Origin: a virus
Lineage: Duplodnaviria; Caudoviricetes
Direction: 5' to 3' (one strand)
Length of the DNA: 60,369 nt
IMG/VR virus record: IMGVR_UViG_3300013133_000005
Span: 1 to 60,369 of that record
A program made the translations under genes and the position numbers. A model generated the notes under the pieces. That model saw only the letters and a list, made by a program, of their open reading frames with translations, ran no database searches and was not told the origin of the DNA. Shown here in pieces: positions 9,821-19,950 of this stretch (position 1 is the stretch's first letter; every line of letters starts with the position of its first letter).

Positions 9821-10145
9821 TCTTGGGAGATAACATTGTGCCTGGAGGAGGAGGTATACCAAGAACTGATTTAACCTTCATCCATTCGGACCAGGTATCA
9901 CAAACGAATGTCTTACACCCACAAGCGTTCAGTCTGGCGATTCTGTGCTTCTGCAAATCAGATGGCCTCTCGCCCTCTCGCTTTGCTTCTACCATGCATG
10001 GACCACAGCATTCCATGGTAAAGAAGATGTCTGGGAATCCGTTCTTATTTGCCCTTTCGATCTTGAATACTTCGCATTTATCCCCATACGATTCAAGATC
10101 CGAGAGGATTGACGATTGCAGTTTTGACTCAAGCGCCTTTTTCAT
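9813..10145 (-). CDS. VRR-NUC domain nuclease
   Basis: LESKLQ...GFPDIF...MVEAKREGERPSDLQ. Confidence 0.85.
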   Translation of the reverse strand: MKKALESKLQSSILSDLESYGDKCEVFKIERANKNGFPDIFFTMECCGPCMVEAKREGERPSDLQKHRIARLNACGCKTFVCDTWSEWMKVKSVLGIPPPPGTMLSPKNL

Positions 10146-10260
10146 CTGCGTGATTTCTTGCAGAATAGATTAATGACGGCTTTTGCAATCCGTATGATCA
10201 TAACATGTGATTCGTATCGTCCGCTTTTGCCTCGCGGTTGAACGTTTCGCATATCCATGA

Positions 10261-10485
10261 TCATTTACTGCCTGGAACAAACACGCATGCGTTCCCGATA
10301 GTGTGTATGTACCCTCCAGGAACACGCGTGACGAAGATTCTCAATGTGTACGAGCCGTCAACGCTAGACTCGTATGAAAACGAGTGCCCCATGGCGAGTT
10401 GTTCATATTGCGTGTAAAGATCTTCAACGCTAGTCTTGCTGACGCTGAGAGACAAGATGTTGCCAGCAGCATCATCTGAACTCAT
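10261..10485 (-). CDS. hypothetical protein
   Basis: Likely start MSSDD at 10485 with SD GGAGG. Confidence 0.5.
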   Translation of the reverse strand: MSSDDAAGNILSLSVSKTSVEDLYTQYEQLAMGHSFSYESSVDGSYTLRIFVTRVPGGYIHTIGNACVFVPGSK

Positions 10486-10537
10486 GATACCTCCAATGAA
10501 AACGGCCAGGTTCTCCTGGCCGCGCGACAGTCTGATG

Positions 10538-10861
10538 TTATACTGATCTTCGTTTATCGAGCGGAGCAGGGTCGATCCCAGTCCGTTTGCTTTCGGAACG
10601 TATGATCCTGTATATCTGAGATGAAGACATTCCGAGCTTCTGGCCGATTTCAATACCAGTCTTGCCCTTCTCGTAGGCTACCATGATGATTCTGTTTCTT
10701 TCACCGCTGTTGGCTCGCAACGACGGAAGACCGAACTTCTTTCGAAGATGGTGAACTGCCTGCCTCGTAATCCCAATGTTGGCGCCAATGTTCTGGTCGC
10801 TTCCATGTTCTTTTTGAAGTGTTGCAAGTTGAAATTTGGTTATATTCACTTTTTGCGGCAT
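10538..10861 (-). CDS. tandem helix-turn-helix DNA-binding protein
   Basis: IGANIGITRQAVHHLRKK and IGQKLGMSSSQIYRII; SD GGAGGG. Confidence 0.75.
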   Translation of the reverse strand: MPQKVNITKFQLATLQKEHGSDQNIGANIGITRQAVHHLRKKFGLPSLRANSGERNRIIMVAYEKGKTGIEIGQKLGMSSSQIYRIIRSESKRTGIDPAPLDKRRSV

Positions 10862-10882
10862 GTTCCCTCCATTTCAACATGC

Positions 10883-10912
10883 AATTTACACTATGCAATA
10901 CGCAAATGTCAA
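10883..10912 (-). promoter_or_regulatory. sigma70-like promoter
   Basis: TTGACA-N18-TAAATT upstream of the HTH gene. Confidence 0.45.
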
Positions 10913-11235
10913 CTCAGCTCCAGCGAGTCATGCTGGGGGTTGGTACACCTTCCGTTCAATACTGTTTCGGTTCCGCACAGTTGGCACTTGCTCCACTCTG
11001 AGTGGTATGTCAATTGCGTCTTCGGGACAGAAATCATGGACGGTTCAGGCTCATGCAACGATGCCGCTGCACCGAATGATGCAGTCCACGAAAGAATAAG
11101 CCCGTTCTTGCGGGCAGCCGTATCTACACACGCAGGGCAACATTCAGAATCAATGTTGCCGCTAATTGCAGACATCAGATCTCCAGAAATTGTGTATTCT
11201 GGGAAACTGGCCTTACACAGACGACAGATCTTCAT
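10909..11235 (-). CDS. Cys-rich (Zn-finger) hypothetical protein
   Basis: CRLC, CPAC, CQLC motifs; start MKICRLC with SD GGAGG. Confidence 0.55.
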   Translation of the reverse strand: MKICRLCKASFPEYTISGDLMSAISGNIDSECCPACVDTAARKNGLILSWTASFGAAASLHEPEPSMISVPKTQLTYHSEWSKCQLCGTETVLNGRCTNPQHDSLELS

Positions 11236-11289
11236 ATGCCCTCCGTTTGAAGGTGGCGGCCACCGATGTGTGACCGCCACCAATTCGCT

Positions 11290-11586
11290 CTAGCCTGCAG
11301 CCTGTTCGCCACCGGCCTTGATGCTTGCTGCGAACTTCTTGCGTGCGACGGCGGCTTCACCATCACCTGCAGCCTTGCGGCCAGGCTTCGGCCCACGCTT
11401 CTTGCCGGCCTTCGGTCCGCGCTTCTTGCCGACCTTTTCCTCGTTGCCGCTTCCGGCGCGCATTACAATGCCGGTTGCTTCCTCGATTGCCTTCTGGCGC
11501 AGAACGCCAGCTTCGATATACTGCTTTTCGATGACGCTCGCCAGCTCATCGATGCGCTTCTGCATTTCCTCTGACACTCGTGCCAT
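11290..11586 (-). CDS. small basic nucleoid/histone-like DNA-binding protein
   Basis: N-terminal helix plus KKRGPKAGKKRGPKPGRK repeats. Confidence 0.6.
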   Translation of the reverse strand: MARVSEEMQKRIDELASVIEKQYIEAGVLRQKAIEEATGIVMRAGSGNEEKVGKKRGPKAGKKRGPKPGRKAAGDGEAAVARKKFAASIKAGGEQAAG

Positions 11587-11631
11587 GACGCTACTCCTTG
11601 TGTTGAAATGTAGGCCTGCACCATGCAGACC

Positions 11632-13398
11632 TTACCGCATGACCTTGGCAAGTTGCAATAACGATTCTGCCAATGACTCTTTAGCATTAAGCCGGTCCAA
11701 TATGATCTCGTCAATCGTTCCGACGGCCACTGTATCGTAAACGGTGACTTTATCTTTCTGGCCCTGCCTGTGCTGCCTGGCTTCCGCCTGTTCTCGTTGA
11801 ACCCAGGAGTATGAATTGTTGAAGTACACCTGATATGACGAGAACTGTATATTGAGACCCACCCCACCTTTGGATTGATTCGCAACCATCCATTGCTTTT
11901 CTGGCGACTTGAATTTCTCAACCTGAGCAAATGAGTCGTCGTCACCATAGCATGTCAGTACCGAATCTTCTCCGTATGCGTCTGCGATCGCATCTCTTAT
12001 CGTGCGAACAGCATGGGTATATGTTGTCCAGATGATTGTCTTCTTGCCATCAGGAATGTTGTTCAATACATTCATTAGTATCGACAGCTTGGCGTTGCTG
12101 TCAAGAGTGATGATAGCGTTGTTTCCCGTTCTTACACCCGTCTCTTGATTGACGTCGTATTGCGTCTGAATGTAGAAGCCGCATGTAATCTGGCGTAGCT
12201 TGGAAAGCAAAACGAGCGCATTCTTTGCTTCAACCGTGTCCTTACAAGACATATCGCATGAGATTGATTTAGAACACTTTGCACACATGCCATCTATCTG
12301 CGCAATCATCTCGTTTTTCATCTTATTGTACAGGGCCATTTGAGAATCGTTCAATGAGAACGTTATTCTTTCGTATATGATATCGGGAAGGTCCAGGCAC
12401 TCTTCCTTTGTAAAGCACACCGATATCTTTCCGACGATGTCCCTGACAATTGACTCGGATCCAGACGTTGGAACCCATATGTGTTTCTGATCATCAACCG
12501 GATACATGAGGTGCTCTCTGCATCCATAGAAATCAGCATACGGCACCACGTCAGGACCAAGGAACCTGAACGGCGAATAGAACGACATGACGTTGTTTGA
12601 ATGAAGCGATCCCGTTACTATCACCTTGTACGGAACGAATTCGAACTTGTCTATGATGGCGTTGGTCTGTCTGGACTGTGCAGAACCAATCCTGTGCGCT
12701 TCATCCAATACCACCATCTGGAAGTAACCATCCGGGATAAGCTCGACAAGCGAATACATCGATTCGTAATTCGCTATGTACACATGGTAGTCGACATTCT
12801 TCTTCTTAACCTTGTACGATTTGTTTAGAATCTTGTTGGCCTGTATCTTGTCATCCAGTATGACTCCAGACATGTGTGGAACCTGTACACGCATCTCACC
12901 CAACACGTTGGCTTTCAGGAATGGCTGCGTGATAACCAGGCACTTCTGCACCTGCCCCCTCTGTATCCTAGTGTCGATTGCCCACAGGTATGGGCCGGTT
13001 TTGCATGTTCCGGGCTCTGCAAGCAGGGCGCACACATCCATGTGGGCAGCCATGTTGTACATGACCTTCTGATGGCTCAGTGGTGCGTATTGCCCCTTGT
13101 AGTCATACTTGAATGTGATGTTGCCTGATTGATATTGACCCTTGATTACATCTGCCATTTTCTCTCTTCGAGCAACAATCGATGCAATCTTATCTATTGC
13201 TTCTCTGACTCCGGGGCTATAGTTTGCCCTTTCATGATGAGTAAACTCATCAATTTTCGGGCCAGACCGAAGAGGGACGATGATCTGGTTTTTCTCACGA
13301 ACTTTGGTCCCGCCCATCTTCGATCTCATGGCCCTGAGTAGTACGCCATCAGGTGTGCCGATCAATAGATGATTCGGATCGAACACTGATACGTGCAT
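11632..13398 (-). CDS. SNF2-family helicase
   Basis: AEPGTCKT, VLDEAH, VTGS, GGVGLN, QAEARQHRQGQ. Confidence 0.9.
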   Translation of the reverse strand: MHVSVFDPNHLLIGTPDGVLLRAMRSKMGGTKVREKNQIIVPLRSGPKIDEFTHHERANYSPGVREAIDKIASIVARREKMADVIKGQYQSGNITFKYDYKGQYAPLSHQKVMYNMAAHMDVCALLAEPGTCKTGPYLWAIDTRIQRGQVQKCLVITQPFLKANVLGEMRVQVPHMSGVILDDKIQANKILNKSYKVKKKNVDYHVYIANYESMYSLVELIPDGYFQMVVLDEAHRIGSAQSRQTNAIIDKFEFVPYKVIVTGSLHSNNVMSFYSPFRFLGPDVVPYADFYGCREHLMYPVDDQKHIWVPTSGSESIVRDIVGKISVCFTKEECLDLPDIIYERITFSLNDSQMALYNKMKNEMIAQIDGMCAKCSKSISCDMSCKDTVEAKNALVLLSKLRQITCGFYIQTQYDVNQETGVRTGNNAIITLDSNAKLSILMNVLNNIPDGKKTIIWTTYTHAVRTIRDAIADAYGEDSVLTCYGDDDSFAQVEKFKSPEKQWMVANQSKGGVGLNIQFSSYQVYFNNSYSWVQREQAEARQHRQGQKDKVTVYDTVAVGTIDEIILDRLNAKESLAESLLQLAKVMR

Positions 13399-13402
13399 GC
13401 AC

Positions 13403-13882
13403 TCACCCCGTCCAGTTGAAGTATCCAGTCTTGATTCGGTTGTCCTCGACTATGGCAACGAATTCAAGTTTCCTGCCAACGCTCCATTTATCTATGGTTA
13501 CCGAGTAATGATACTCTAATTTTGCTTGATTGCTCTTTGATTTTTCTTTGGTGAACTTACCAGACTTGCGAGCAACCGCAAGTGTGGTAAATACAAACGA
13601 TTCGAGATTCGATGGAACCAGAAGCGACTTGGTCGGATCTGCGTTGAACACATCGGAGAATATGACAGACTCTTCTTTTGCGATAACCTCAAGCCTCTCC
13701 GATATCTGTCTGAATCCATGCGCAGTTATTTCCAGCGGATAGCTGCCATCATCCGTAGGAGCCGACAGTTTTTTGCGCAGATCGTCAATGAGCCGCTTTT
13801 GATTATACAACTGAATCCCAAGATCGTTCATCATGCTGAGACCTTCAGCAAACTCCATATACAAATCATCGTTATCAATCAC
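13403..13882 (-). CDS. hypothetical protein
   Basis: Likely GTG start overlapping upstream gene; ITAHGFRQISER...IKTGY. Confidence 0.55.
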   Translation of the reverse strand: MIDNDDLYMEFAEGLSMMNDLGIQLYNQKRLIDDLRKKLSAPTDDGSYPLEITAHGFRQISERLEVIAKEESVIFSDVFNADPTKSLLVPSNLESFVFTTLAVARKSGKFTKEKSKSNQAKLEYHYSVTIDKWSVGRKLEFVAIVEDNRIKTGYFNWTG

Positions 13883-14564
13883 GCTTGCCTTCCTTGAATA
13901 CGAGAATGGGAAAATCAAAACCATCAATGGGGCTGATCTCTTCAAACGCGTAGTCACTTGGTTCTTTCCCGCATTTGCGCAAGAAAGCCACCAATTGAGT
14001 CATCTGCCTCGTTTTCATTCCACCATGATATTTGTGAATTGGATACGTCATCTTCCTTGGATCATCATCAACAGTAAAGAATGCGAACATCTTTCCATCT
14101 CTTAGGCTCACCTCGGTATTGTGAGCGAACGAGACCTTGAAGGCAATCATTTTCGCACTCATCCGGTCAACAATGAATCTGGTCGGCAGAATCAACATGC
14201 CCTTCCTGGAAAGATACGGAATGGTGCGCTCTGCTGATCCTGACAGAAAGCTGCTGATTGAGAACTCTCGCGGAGACATCCTGAATATCTCATTGTCTTC
14301 CGGATACATGGTCTCAATCTGTTGCTCGAACTGTTTGCCAATGAATGGTTTGAGTATAGACGGCGTCCTCGTAAACGATCTGAACGCTGTCGTGTGAACC
14401 TTGTGCCATTCCTTATTGAGGCGCTCTGTCTGCATGTTTCCGGCAACCGCAACAACAACAGTGTCGCCGTTTGAATCAATAGCAAAACGATACTTTACAT
14501 ATGCGTTTGTCATTTTGATGGGAACCATGATGTTGGTGTCCCGTTTACCCACAGTGACAAGCAT
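13875..14564 (-). CDS. hypothetical protein
   Basis: 229 aa, SD AGGAGG. Confidence 0.6.
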   Translation of the reverse strand: MLVTVGKRDTNIMVPIKMTNAYVKYRFAIDSNGDTVVVAVAGNMQTERLNKEWHKVHTTAFRSFTRTPSILKPFIGKQFEQQIETMYPEDNEIFRMSPREFSISSFLSGSAERTIPYLSRKGMLILPTRFIVDRMSAKMIAFKVSFAHNTEVSLRDGKMFAFFTVDDDPRKMTYPIHKYHGGMKTRQMTQLVAFLRKCGKEPSDYAFEEISPIDGFDFPILVFKEGKRD

Positions 14565-14594
14565 GGTCCTCCTTTCTAAAATGATGGAGCGGGA

Positions 14595-14705
14595 TTACTC
14601 CCGCCCCTCATAACCACTGAACAACGATTCAATAAACTTGTCGACATTCAAACAGACGAATACGTCTATGCCGACAAATACAGCTACAATTAAGGCTTTC
14701 CACAC
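14595..14705 (-). CDS. 36-aa hydrophobic peptide (not in ORF track)
   Basis: SD AAGGAG, GTG start, MWKALIVAVFVGIDVFVCLNVDKFIESLFSGYEGRE. Confidence 0.45.
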   Translation of the reverse strand: MWKALIVAVFVGIDVFVCLNVDKFIESLFSGYEGRE

Positions 14706-14768
14706 ACGCGCTCCTTAGGCGGCCATACGGCCAACCCTCGGGAGGGCTACCCATCTGGCTTCAGGAGA

Positions 14769-16835
14769 TCACGCGTTAAGGTATCCTTTGTTTGCGGCTT
14801 CTTCAGCGGTTAACGCATCAAACGAACTTTTTGTGGATGTGCTTGAGATTGACTCGATCTCTTCCGGGGTCAGCTCGATCTGCTTGAGTTGCAACAGCTT
14901 CTCGAAATCTGATTTTGGAAGTGAGCAGAATTTCATGGCATACTTGCCATCTACACCTTTGCTCTTCAGAAGGGCGATGGCCGCAATCGGGTCGTACGTT
15001 CTTGTCTTCTCGACCCAGAAGTCCAGAGTTGCGTGCTCATCTATCTGAATTTTGGCATCGCACGATTTGACAAACGACTTGCATTGCTTGGCAAGCCTGG
15101 TTATCTCTGCCTTATTGGCTTCAATGCGCTTCCAGGCCTCTCGGCACTTGTCGACCGTATCGACAACGTATCCCATTGGGTCGTCGATGCTGCCGACAAA
15201 CTTCTTGTTGAACAGCGGGCATATACCATCTTCGCTGAGGAAGCATGCATGGCAGTATTCGTTTCGGATTGGAGAAAACGAAGTCCCGTCCGTCTTCAGC
15301 ATCTCTTTTTCAATGTCTTGGATTGATGTCCTGATCCATTCCATTGCGGAATCAACCACAGCCTTGACGTCCTCAATCTCAAGCTGTATGACGGTACCGT
15401 ACCTGACATAGTTGATGCGTATGATTGCCCTGCTGAACGAATCTTTGGGCAGCATCATATGCACCAATGACAGGTATATCTTGGTCTGCATATCATTCAT
15501 CACTTCGTACTTGGTCATCATCTTGCGCGACGTCTTGTAGTCAGTGATGGTGACAATGCCGGTCGAGTAATCGATTACGTCAATAATGCCACGGAAGAAG
15601 ACGTTGGATGCATAGAAGTCATCAATCAGATTCCAGTCCTTATCGAACGCGAGCTTCTGCTCTGTGACACTTATCTCGCCAGGATACAGGGTGAAATCGT
15701 TCTTGTTGTAGAAGCGCCACATGATGGTTTGAACTTCAGATATGACCATGCCATCTTCGCACTTGTGTTCTGCAACCGCCTTGTTGATAAGACGAGCATA
15801 GTCATCTCTTGACGGCATTGATGGCTTCTCGTACTCGTCATCAGTCAGGGCCGCATCCATCGAGTTCATGAAATGGGCATATCCCATGGATGTTGAGTCT
15901 TTGAGGACCTGTCGATTGTCAAACAGAAACATGCCCACTGCTTTTTCGCGTGAGCATTTCTCAGATGTCTCTATTTCTCTGACAATATCGACATATCGAT
16001 CAGGTAGCTGTATTGGTTTTTTTGCCACGTACGCCTCAAACTTGTTGGCAAACAACATTCTGACGCACAGCTTGTTTGCGAGTTCGGCCACTCGGTGGCA
16101 TATCTTTCCAATTTGGAAGTACGAATAATCAGGCTCTTTCATCTTCCTGATGTACTTCATGTACCATTTGAAGGGGCACTGATGAAACAGCTCTATCCGG
16201 GAGAACGAATACGCCTGGGTTGCCATCATGCTCTTGTCGGCATCAGATGGCACAACTCCCATTACAACCGGTCCTGCGGCCTTATGTTGCATCATGGCCG
16301 CAATGAGTGGCGGCACGGTCGCGGATGTCGATTCGCGATCTTCCATTGCGCGTATCTTGAGAAACAGGTCGATCGTGCGCTCGGCGTCATATTCCGCACG
16401 GTGTGACCTGTCATCGGTCCATACGATACCAAGCCTCATGCATGCGGTTTTCAATTTGTTACTGCCGCTGAATCTTGACCGGCACATCTGGAGAGTGTCT
16501 CTGACAGATACCGGTTTGATCTTGAGAAACAACAGATCAAACTTGATGACGTTGTGGCCGATAATGGTTCTTTGTCCAACGAATTGCGCTATTTCTTCCT
16601 GGACGCCTTCCGTCAGATAGACCTTGGACCCCTTCACCATCTCCATGGTGATTCCGTGTATTCGAGTGGCATCTTCTGGGATTAGCCCACGGATTGGACG
16701 GCAGAATTTGACGATACGTCTGCCGCGCGTTCCAGTTGCTTCATCGAATTCGATTGCCGCCACTTCCAGAATCTCATCGGACTCAGAACTCAATCCGGTT
16801 GTTTCAACATCGATGGATACATATTTGAACTCCAT
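14769..16835 (-). CDS. DnaQ-like 3'-5' exonuclease fused to PD-(D/E)XK (RecB/Cas4-like) nuclease
   Basis: DVETTG, GHNVIKFD, HRAEYD; then YSFSR...QCP, GIIDVID, DYKTS, CHAC...CP. Confidence 0.85.
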   Translation of the reverse strand: MEFKYVSIDVETTGLSSESDEILEVAAIEFDEATGTRGRRIVKFCRPIRGLIPEDATRIHGITMEMVKGSKVYLTEGVQEEIAQFVGQRTIIGHNVIKFDLLFLKIKPVSVRDTLQMCRSRFSGSNKLKTACMRLGIVWTDDRSHRAEYDAERTIDLFLKIRAMEDRESTSATVPPLIAAMMQHKAAGPVVMGVVPSDADKSMMATQAYSFSRIELFHQCPFKWYMKYIRKMKEPDYSYFQIGKICHRVAELANKLCVRMLFANKFEAYVAKKPIQLPDRYVDIVREIETSEKCSREKAVGMFLFDNRQVLKDSTSMGYAHFMNSMDAALTDDEYEKPSMPSRDDYARLINKAVAEHKCEDGMVISEVQTIMWRFYNKNDFTLYPGEISVTEQKLAFDKDWNLIDDFYASNVFFRGIIDVIDYSTGIVTITDYKTSRKMMTKYEVMNDMQTKIYLSLVHMMLPKDSFSRAIIRINYVRYGTVIQLEIEDVKAVVDSAMEWIRTSIQDIEKEMLKTDGTSFSPIRNEYCHACFLSEDGICPLFNKKFVGSIDDPMGYVVDTVDKCREAWKRIEANKAEITRLAKQCKSFVKSCDAKIQIDEHATLDFWVEKTRTYDPIAAIALLKSKGVDGKYAMKFCSLPKSDFEKLLQLKQIELTPEEIESISSTSTKSSFDALTAEEAANKGYLNA

Positions 16836-16845
16836 TTCAATCCCT

Positions 16846-17241
16846 TCACGGGTTCGGTGTAAGTTCCTGAGAGTCCGGCATCTTGTCAAGAAGCTCAGAG
16901 ATCTTTTTGGCGAGTGTTACCGCCATCTCCATATCTGCGATGTCCTTAGACTCCCTGGCTATCTTCATGGTGCCGGCCAGCATGATAACCAGTTCCAACT
17001 TGCTGAATTGCGAATGTACGATATTCTTAACTTGTCTCAACCGCACCTGGAATGCCTCAGACTTGTTGTCTTCCAGCATTTCCGTGCGCGTCTTGAATAG
17101 CGCCAACTCGGCTTGAAGATCGTTTATGCTCTTTCCTCTGAGTTCCGATATCTCAGTGATTTTTTCCAGACGATGCTCAAGAGATGATATTTCAGAGTCG
17201 ATGCTAGGAAACAATCTCCTTATGAGTTTTGCGATAGACAT
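16846..17241 (-). CDS. hypothetical coiled-coil protein
   Basis: 131 aa, SD GGAG. Confidence 0.6.
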   Translation of the reverse strand: MSIAKLIRRLFPSIDSEISSLEHRLEKITEISELRGKSINDLQAELALFKTRTEMLEDNKSEAFQVRLRQVKNIVHSQFSKLELVIMLAGTMKIARESKDIADMEMAVTLAKKISELLDKMPDSQELTPNP

Positions 17242-17250
17242 TTGGTCTCC

Positions 17251-17448
17251 CTACGATGATATGACCGTGATAAGGTTGGTTACCCTGCGGTACTCATCAT
17301 CAGTAAAAAAAAGTCTGTTGAGCTGCATTTGATACCGCAATCGACGAGGATTGCTGACCAGATTGGGGTCCATTCCTGCCCGATGAAGCATGTCTTTGAT
17401 CTCTTCATAGGCCGAGACCCAATCATCAACAATTGACGGGACATCCAT
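17251..17448 (-). CDS. hypothetical protein
   Basis: 65 aa, SD AGGAGG. Confidence 0.55.
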   Translation of the reverse strand: MDVPSIVDDWVSAYEEIKDMLHRAGMDPNLVSNPRRLRYQMQLNRLFFTDDEYRRVTNLITVISS

Positions 17449-17519
17449 AAGACCTCCTGCGAAGAATGTTGTGGGGGTATTTCTACCCCCACTTATCTAC
17501 AAAATATAAGTGCACACAA

Positions 17520-18030
17520 CAAAGATCGAACGAAGGAGAGAATCGAATCGCTGCAACCGTATATGTCGCTGAGACGCGGCCATCGCTTAGAGCGCCGATG
17601 ATAGCGCGGCACGGCGACTAATTGTAACCCGGAGCGGAGACATCTACAGCCCTGGCGACCAAAGGGAGCAGGGCGTAGGTGTCGTAGCGCGCTGAGAGCG
17701 CCGTAAGAACGCCAGCGTCGCGACACGGAGTGACGGCGACCTGGCGAGCGAGCGGCGCCTCTCGGCGGATGGGTTGCAATTTGTCGCGAGCAGCGTAACT
17801 CTTTATGGGAGGAGATATCAAAGCGCGAATGGGATAATTGCGTAGGCAGCGAAGCGCCTAGCAATTAATCCAATGAGCGCGCATTTTGATTTCTCCGAAA
17901 TAAAGAGTGGAGCGAGCGCTATTATCAAGCTCGTATGGCAGCGTGACAGCTAGACATATACGGTGCAAGCGAATCGATGAAACGAGTGAGGCAATGATCA
18001 ACAGACTGGCCTGATGGTACATCAGACATT
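17520..18030. other. long structured non-coding region (origin or ncRNA candidate)
   Basis: No convincing ORF; purine/GCG-rich + strand with many short hairpins. Confidence 0.4.
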
Positions 18031-18042
18031 AGTCCTTGTGTG

Positions 18043-18222
18043 CTATTTTATTATCGTTACGTCTTTGACATTGATTGCAACAACGCACCCCTTTGCCGAT
18101 TTCGGCTCAGCCAGAAACTCTGTTTCATTTCTGATCACATCTTCTGGACTGTTGCCTTCATCAACGGCAACAACAAGACTCAACACCACTGTTGCCCTAT
18201 GCTTCTTCACTTTGCTTGGCAT
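18043..18222 (-). CDS. 59-aa hypothetical protein (not in ORF track)
   Basis: SD AAGGTGA, MPSKVKKHRATVVLSLVV...VTIIK. Confidence 0.55.
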   Translation of the reverse strand: MPSKVKKHRATVVLSLVVAVDEGNSPEDVIRNETEFLAEPKSAKGCVVAINVKDVTIIK

Positions 18223-18684
18223 GACTCACCTTTCAAGGTTGACAATAGGTCGCCATCCAGCGCGAAACAATTTATAAAACCCCCGGTTTTAATAAATTGT
18301 TTCAAGAGCGCAGATGTATTCACTTCTTACGATTTCCGATGATGCATCGGACAAGTCGCTCAACCCTTATTTTTTTCGAATACCAACATAATCGAATGTA
18401 AGTGGAGATCCTCCTGGAACCGGTGAGCGCTTTCAAAGCGACCTGGTTCCTGGAGGTCGAAACGTGGGTTCCACCGATTCAACGTACTGGTGATACACCA
18501 GTATAAGTCCTTGGTATTCTATATGCTAGACATCAACAAAATCGAATAAACGGAAAGCAGCGCGGGGAGATGCACAGCGACGAAGCAGTATGCGAGGAGC
18601 GGAGCGTCTCCCGGGGCGGTCTTTCCACGGGTGTTTCCGTAAGACTATGGCGATGATGCATCGCCTAAAGTTCTTGATGTCTTA

Positions 18685-19746
18685 TTATTGTCCGTTACCA
18701 GCAAGTTTGTCGATCGCATTGAGCGCGGCAGTATTGCTTGGGGCCGGCTCTCCATGCGATCCTGATTCCTCAACATCATCTACCGCGTCTGCGTCTGCAC
18801 CGAAGTTGACAGCAATATCTCGCTGATCTTCCACATCAATCGGCACAGCTTCTGTTTCGGGAATGCTCTGCGGAGTTTGATCCGTCAGCATACCGATGTT
18901 TGCAGATCCGGCAAGAGCGGCGGCGCCGACGTTCTTCAGCATGCCCCTCTTGATCGGCTCCATGACAGACTGTGTAAATTCGGCCGATGGAAGCACTTCG
19001 GTAATGTACACGTCCCTGCCGCCAGACTTTACCTTGTGATGCCACAAGATGAGTTTCTGCCCGAAGAAGCCATCAAACGGCAATGGCTTTCCTGCTTCAA
19101 TTTGTCTGACTGTGTGCGCCGCATTGAGGAGCGACCACAGGTCGGACAGCGAGGATTCAATCCTCATGATAGTATTGATTGATCTTGTCTCAAACCGATA
19201 TGGGTTTGGGGCCATGTCTGCCGTTGGAAACACCTTCATGAGTCCTATGGCTTTGCATGCCCCAGACTTGTAATCAGGGCATTCTTCGAATGCACACTTG
19301 GCAACTTCGTTGAATTGCCTGTCGATCCATGTGCGTTCGCCCTTTTCGTTGTATTGCAGATATCGGGCAACAGTGCCAGCGCCATGGCTTTTGCACAGAA
19401 GACCATCAGACTGCGAATACATAGCTAATGAAGATTCCCAGAATTCCTCGGGTGTCTTGTACAGACATATGAATGAAATCTTGCGAGGCTCTTTGGATTT
19501 CGCTTCTTCCATCAGCTTGTCTTGAACAGGGCCGTTCAAAACCCACTGTTTTGTGTTCACGACTTGGCCACTCTGGGTTCTTTGAGCGGATACTGTTTCC
19601 TTCAGAATCCTGAAGTGTCCAGCCGGGATTGGGTGATTGGACTTGTTGATACCCTCTCCGGCCGCGAATCCTGCCGAAATCTTTCCACGATAGGTGGTAG
19701 TCTTTTGGATAACACCATCTTCGTTATGCGTTATGCCCACAATCAT
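18685..19746 (-). CDS. recombination directionality factor / Gp3-like family protein
   Basis: GLLCKSHG...CAFEECP..GACK..YRFETRSINTI pattern recalled for this phage family; in the replication cluster. Confidence 0.55.
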   Translation of the reverse strand: MIVGITHNEDGVIQKTTTYRGKISAGFAAGEGINKSNHPIPAGHFRILKETVSAQRTQSGQVVNTKQWVLNGPVQDKLMEEAKSKEPRKISFICLYKTPEEFWESSLAMYSQSDGLLCKSHGAGTVARYLQYNEKGERTWIDRQFNEVAKCAFEECPDYKSGACKAIGLMKVFPTADMAPNPYRFETRSINTIMRIESSLSDLWSLLNAAHTVRQIEAGKPLPFDGFFGQKLILWHHKVKSGGRDVYITEVLPSAEFTQSVMEPIKRGMLKNVGAAALAGSANIGMLTDQTPQSIPETEAVPIDVEDQRDIAVNFGADADAVDDVEESGSHGEPAPSNTAALNAIDKLAGNGQ

Positions 19747-19774
19747 GCAGTGCCCTCCGTGGTGAAAAGCCCTC

Positions 19775-19795
19775 TACTATTGGTATTTCATAAAA
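19775..19795 (-). promoter_or_regulatory. recurrent 21-bp motif copy
   Basis: TTTTATGAAATACCAATAGTA upstream of the gene starting at 19746. Confidence 0.55.
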
Positions 19796-19950
19796 GTCGA
19801 CATGATAACAGGCATGACAATCATGTGCCCTCTCGCTACTGAGGAACTCGCTTTACTTTGCCAGCCATGGACTGGCGACCCAGCGAGCCACTGTTTCTGT
19901 GAGCCATCACTTGCTTCACATGATTGCATACCGCTTGATGTGGCAGGTTC

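Noticed and set aside
17493-17864. ORF-track ORFs in the structured region
   Set aside because: No SD, Arg/Ser/Ala-rich composition typical of spurious GC-rich frames
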